The translations under genes and the position numbers were made by a program. The notes under the pieces were generated by a model. That model did not search any database. It was given only the letters and a program-made list of their open reading frames with translations, and was not told the DNA's origin. Shown here piece by piece: positions 60,682-64,000 of a DNA stretch of 64,000 bases; position 1 is the stretch's first letter; every line of letters starts with the position of its first letter. The stretch is from Basidiobolus meristosporus CBS 931.73. Taxonomy: Eukaryota; Fungi; Basidiobolomycota. The stretch spans positions 186,001 through 250,000 of the forward strand of contig MCFE01000005.1 of NCBI GenBank assembly GCA_002104905.1, in the 5' to 3' direction.

Positions 60682-62338
60682 GAGGAGTGAGCTTTTGAGG
60701 GGAGAAGGGTAAAGAAAGCAGTATAGACAATCTGAAGTAAAGGGAGTAGAACCACAGTAAGACCAAAGATGGAGCAATCAACGTCAAAATAGAAAGTGCT
60801 GAAAATTTCAGAGAAGTGAAGAAAAATACGAGCACTTTATTGGGAAAAATTGTGGTATGGTGGCGGTTTTATTGTCCAATATCAAGGGTGATATATGGGA
60901 TCCAAGATGCATTCATCTCACCCCAGTGCAGTTTCGTAACGCCGATCCGAGTGAGATATTTTTATGGCGTGGTCGGTTGTTCCACACTCCATACAAGGAA
61001 GGCCTGCATTATTCGTAATATCGATACCATCGTTCCCTTACGGTGAAGTGGCCTTAACAAGCTAATCAAACAGTTGGTGAATTCATATTATTCAATCATA
61101 CAATTACTGGCCATTATATGATTGGATCAATGTCGTCGCATTAGACAATCGATTATGAATCGGGATTATCATGTTGCGCCTACACAACCCTATCCTTACA
61201 ATTCGTGACTAGAATTATTTTCGAAGATGAGTCTTGAACAAACAAATAGGCAAACTAGCTACCGTGAAATTACAGCAATTTGGAAAAGCGCCCTATATTT
61301 AGAACTTGATGTTGTAAAAACGGGTTGTTGATAGAGCGAAGTGGGGAAGTTATTTATGGATTTTCTTGTTGATTTCCATGAGTAAAACAAAGGATCTCAG
61401 CAGTGTCTCTGGCTGTCTCATTGAACATGGATACCGCTCCCTCATTCTTAGCAAGGGACTTATCCGGCATGATGAGTTATAGAAATTGCGAGCTAGAACA
61501 ATCCATCAATGCATGTACCATCAACAACTATATGCTGAGATTAGATTGGGGACTCATGGTAATCGATAAATTTAGGCCATCACTTCTATTGGAATCCAAA
61601 CATGACTCTTCCTCGAAGCCCAATTTAAGTGCATCGCCAACACACTCAAACCTATCGTTTGTTAAAGAGGCATGGAAATGGCTATTTGTACCAGTTTCAA
61701 TACAATCGACATGATACGAGCATTTACCCCCTTTTACCAAAATTAGTTTATTATTATGTTGAATAAAATATATCGGGCAGCGTTAATCCTGGAAATAAAG
61801 TTCCCAAGGCAATAGCTCAGTGAACCATTACCAGAAAATAGTATGTTCGATTTGATTATCTCATGTTGCTACTGACTTTGGGAAGCAGTCACTATCGAAT
61901 CTTCTGAATTTTGGTGCCACCGCAAGCCATTGTACCTTATCATGATCAAAAAACGGTGTTTAAAAATAGCTCGTTTCATCAGAAATGCAAACCCAGTTGA
62001 GATACTCTAATCAACTTTTATTGTTTAACTATGTTCTCCAGTTAATGCTTCAATTCTGGCCATTTAAATATGGGATGTGCACGCGATTCGAAATTCACCA
62101 TGTATATTGAAGGTTGCCTATATTTACGTGGTCGATTTCTGGATAAATTATCATGACGATTTGGTTGTTTAACTAAGTAATTAATTCAATAACCCTGACG
62201 AGTTTACGACATTGGTATACCAAGTAGTTGCGAACTTCGAGAGTACACATTCCATTTCCTACTCGGTGAATGTCCTTGTTTCGTCGCTTGTTTTGACCTT
62301 TTCTGAGCTTGAATAAGACCATAGTTACCGTTTGAGTT

Positions 62339-64000
62339 ATGCAGTTCCAACCGTTCGTGCTCAAAACCATACTTTCCGCGTTACTCCCGGAGGACCAATC
62401 ATCAGCCACCTCGCCTTCGCTTACTACACACCAACAAAGTCCACCACGCCTCCCACCAAGAAATTCCTCATTATCGCCAGTAAATCTCACGAGATCGTTA
62501 TCCGCTAGCTCTACTTCCTCACTGTTTTCTGGAAAAGTCACTGCCGAGTCCGTAGAAACTTGGGGTACTGTATACACGCCGCCCATTGTACTTGAGCCTT
62601 CCGACCACTGTTCTATACTGACAGCAATCTCACTCTGCAGACAAAAATGTATATGTTGGAACAAATGACGGGTATATATATCACTACTTGGCTGCCGATC
62701 TGTCTTTATCGGACGATGTACATATTTCCAAATATACCTATATGCATTGCAACCAGTATTGACCAAAGGTGCCCTATTTACGTGCAATAGGAAGATGAAA
62801 GCCCACAACTAATTCAGAAGCGCAATCTTGGTGTTGGTAAGAAGTCGGTAGAGAGAATCGTGGCACTTCCCACTATTTCTAAGCTTGTGGTGCTGTGTGG
62901 TATGTAACTACCAAGAAACTGTTATACTTCGTAAATGGTCGAGCTTACGCCCATTCTAGATTCGACCATTATGTTCTTCACACTTCCTGACCTAAGCTCT
63001 ATACCACACGAAATCATGGCACCTATCCGAGGGGTAACTTGCTTGTGTTTCGACGAAGGAAACTCGTCGTTTCAGAAAAATCGAGTTTCAATGTGTGCCG
63101 TTAAGAGGAGAGCTGTCCAATTTTACCAGTTGGGCGATGGGGCCGTCTTGGAGCGGGTAATTGGATGGGATACCTATACACGACGAGCTTGGACATATTT
63201 CTAACAGTTACCCGATCTGCGTAGGAAACATCTCTCCCGGATGGTGCAATTACTGTCTGCCGTTTTGAAAACCATTTGTGCTTTGCGGATACATATTCCT
63301 ACAAAATCCTGGATATTCGTACTTCACGGGCCATAGATCTTATCCCAACCTCCAAAGGAAATTCAGACTGGGGTATCAAGAACAGCAGCGCATCTTTAAA
63401 GCCGATCGTTACTGTGGTAGACAAAGGGGAGTTTCTTCTTATTACCGCAGCAGCTGGAGCCCATATCCTTTCTGAAATGATTTCTGCTCATGCCGCCCAG
63501 TACTTGTAGCGTTGTATTTCTTAACATGCGTACAATCGGCTTTAGGAATGTTCGTCACGTCTTCCGGAGATCCTACCAGAGGAACTCTTCAGTGGCCTAG
63601 CCATCCCCGAGCCATCGGTAAGTGTTTCAGCACCAGTGCATTAGCGATCTTAGTGCTGATCGCGTACTTCGCATCTCATAGGGATTCATTTTCCATACGT
63701 GATTGCCCTTCTTCGAAACAACACCATCCAGATCCATAATCTTCTTGACCAAAAATTGATGCAATCATTTGGCTTTACCCGGAATATGGAGGTTCGGAAC
63801 CTCGTGGAGACGAATGGAATGGTGTTTTCAGCGCCTTCCATCCTGGACATGTCTCAAAGCCTCCCAAGTCTAGCCACCACGTTTCTCATCACCAGAGACT
63901 CGTTAATGACTCTGGCTCCACTTCCTTTGATTACCCAAGTATGTCGGTGTCCAATATATATCGCTGATCGTCTCGTTCTAATCCAGCGGGTTGCAGGTGG
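62339..64000 (+). CDS. Vps39/Vam6/TGFBRAP1 (Vps3)-like CNH-domain protein, 5' part; continues beyond the window
   Basis: Exons read 'ERIVALPTISKLVVLC|DSTIMFFTLP', 'LCFAD..Y', 'KPIV..V...EFLL', 'LGMFV..GDPTRGTLQW..P', 'FPYVIALL..IQIHN'. Confidence 0.78.
63463..63533 (+). other. U12-type (minor spliceosome) AT-AC intron
   Basis: 5' ATATCCTTT, branch TTCTTAAC at 63518-63525, 3' AC. Removal gives the in-frame AGA-Q-SALGMFV. Confidence 0.9.

Noticed and set aside
61403-61740. Overlapping short ORFs in the divergent intergenic region
   Set aside because: No motifs or splice support; lengths are compatible with chance.
1-64000. CRISPR arrays, rRNA or tRNA genes
   Set aside because: No regularly spaced direct repeats or recognisable structural RNA signatures were seen.

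Overview
Eukaryotic, fungal-type window. An early-diverging lineage (Mucoromycota/Zoopagomycota-like) is inferred from short introns, DNMT2, snurportin-1 and U12-type introns. It has two sharply separated domains. (1) Positions 1-27,735 are a nearly CpG-free block of nested, decayed transposons: at least four pieces of a CMC/CACTA (EnSpm-like) DNA transposon family (two bounded by CCC-terminal TIRs), a full-length Ty3/Gypsy element with both LTRs, PBS, PPT and a 4-bp TSD, a solo LTR of the same family, several Ty1/Copia relics, and a foldback (palindromic) element family. (2) Positions ~27,740-64,000 have normal CpG content and are gene-dense: PHO84-like phosphate transporter, class-3 lipase, Dicer, prefoldin 5, RPS24, DNMT2 (two apparent frameshifts), ELP4, a PPR protein, Cdc25 phosphatase, eIF3i, a Munc13-like C2 protein, snurportin-1, an unknown low-complexity protein, and a truncated Vps39/TGFBRAP1-like CNH gene. 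The most notable observations are two minor-spliceosome (U12) AT-AC introns, the CpG-erosion boundary coinciding with a transposon terminus, the doubly frameshifted DNMT2 near Dicer, a foldback element with a perfect inner stem, and an unknown divergent accessory ORF in the CMC transposon. All alignments and splice models were done by eye; boundaries called approximate are approximate.
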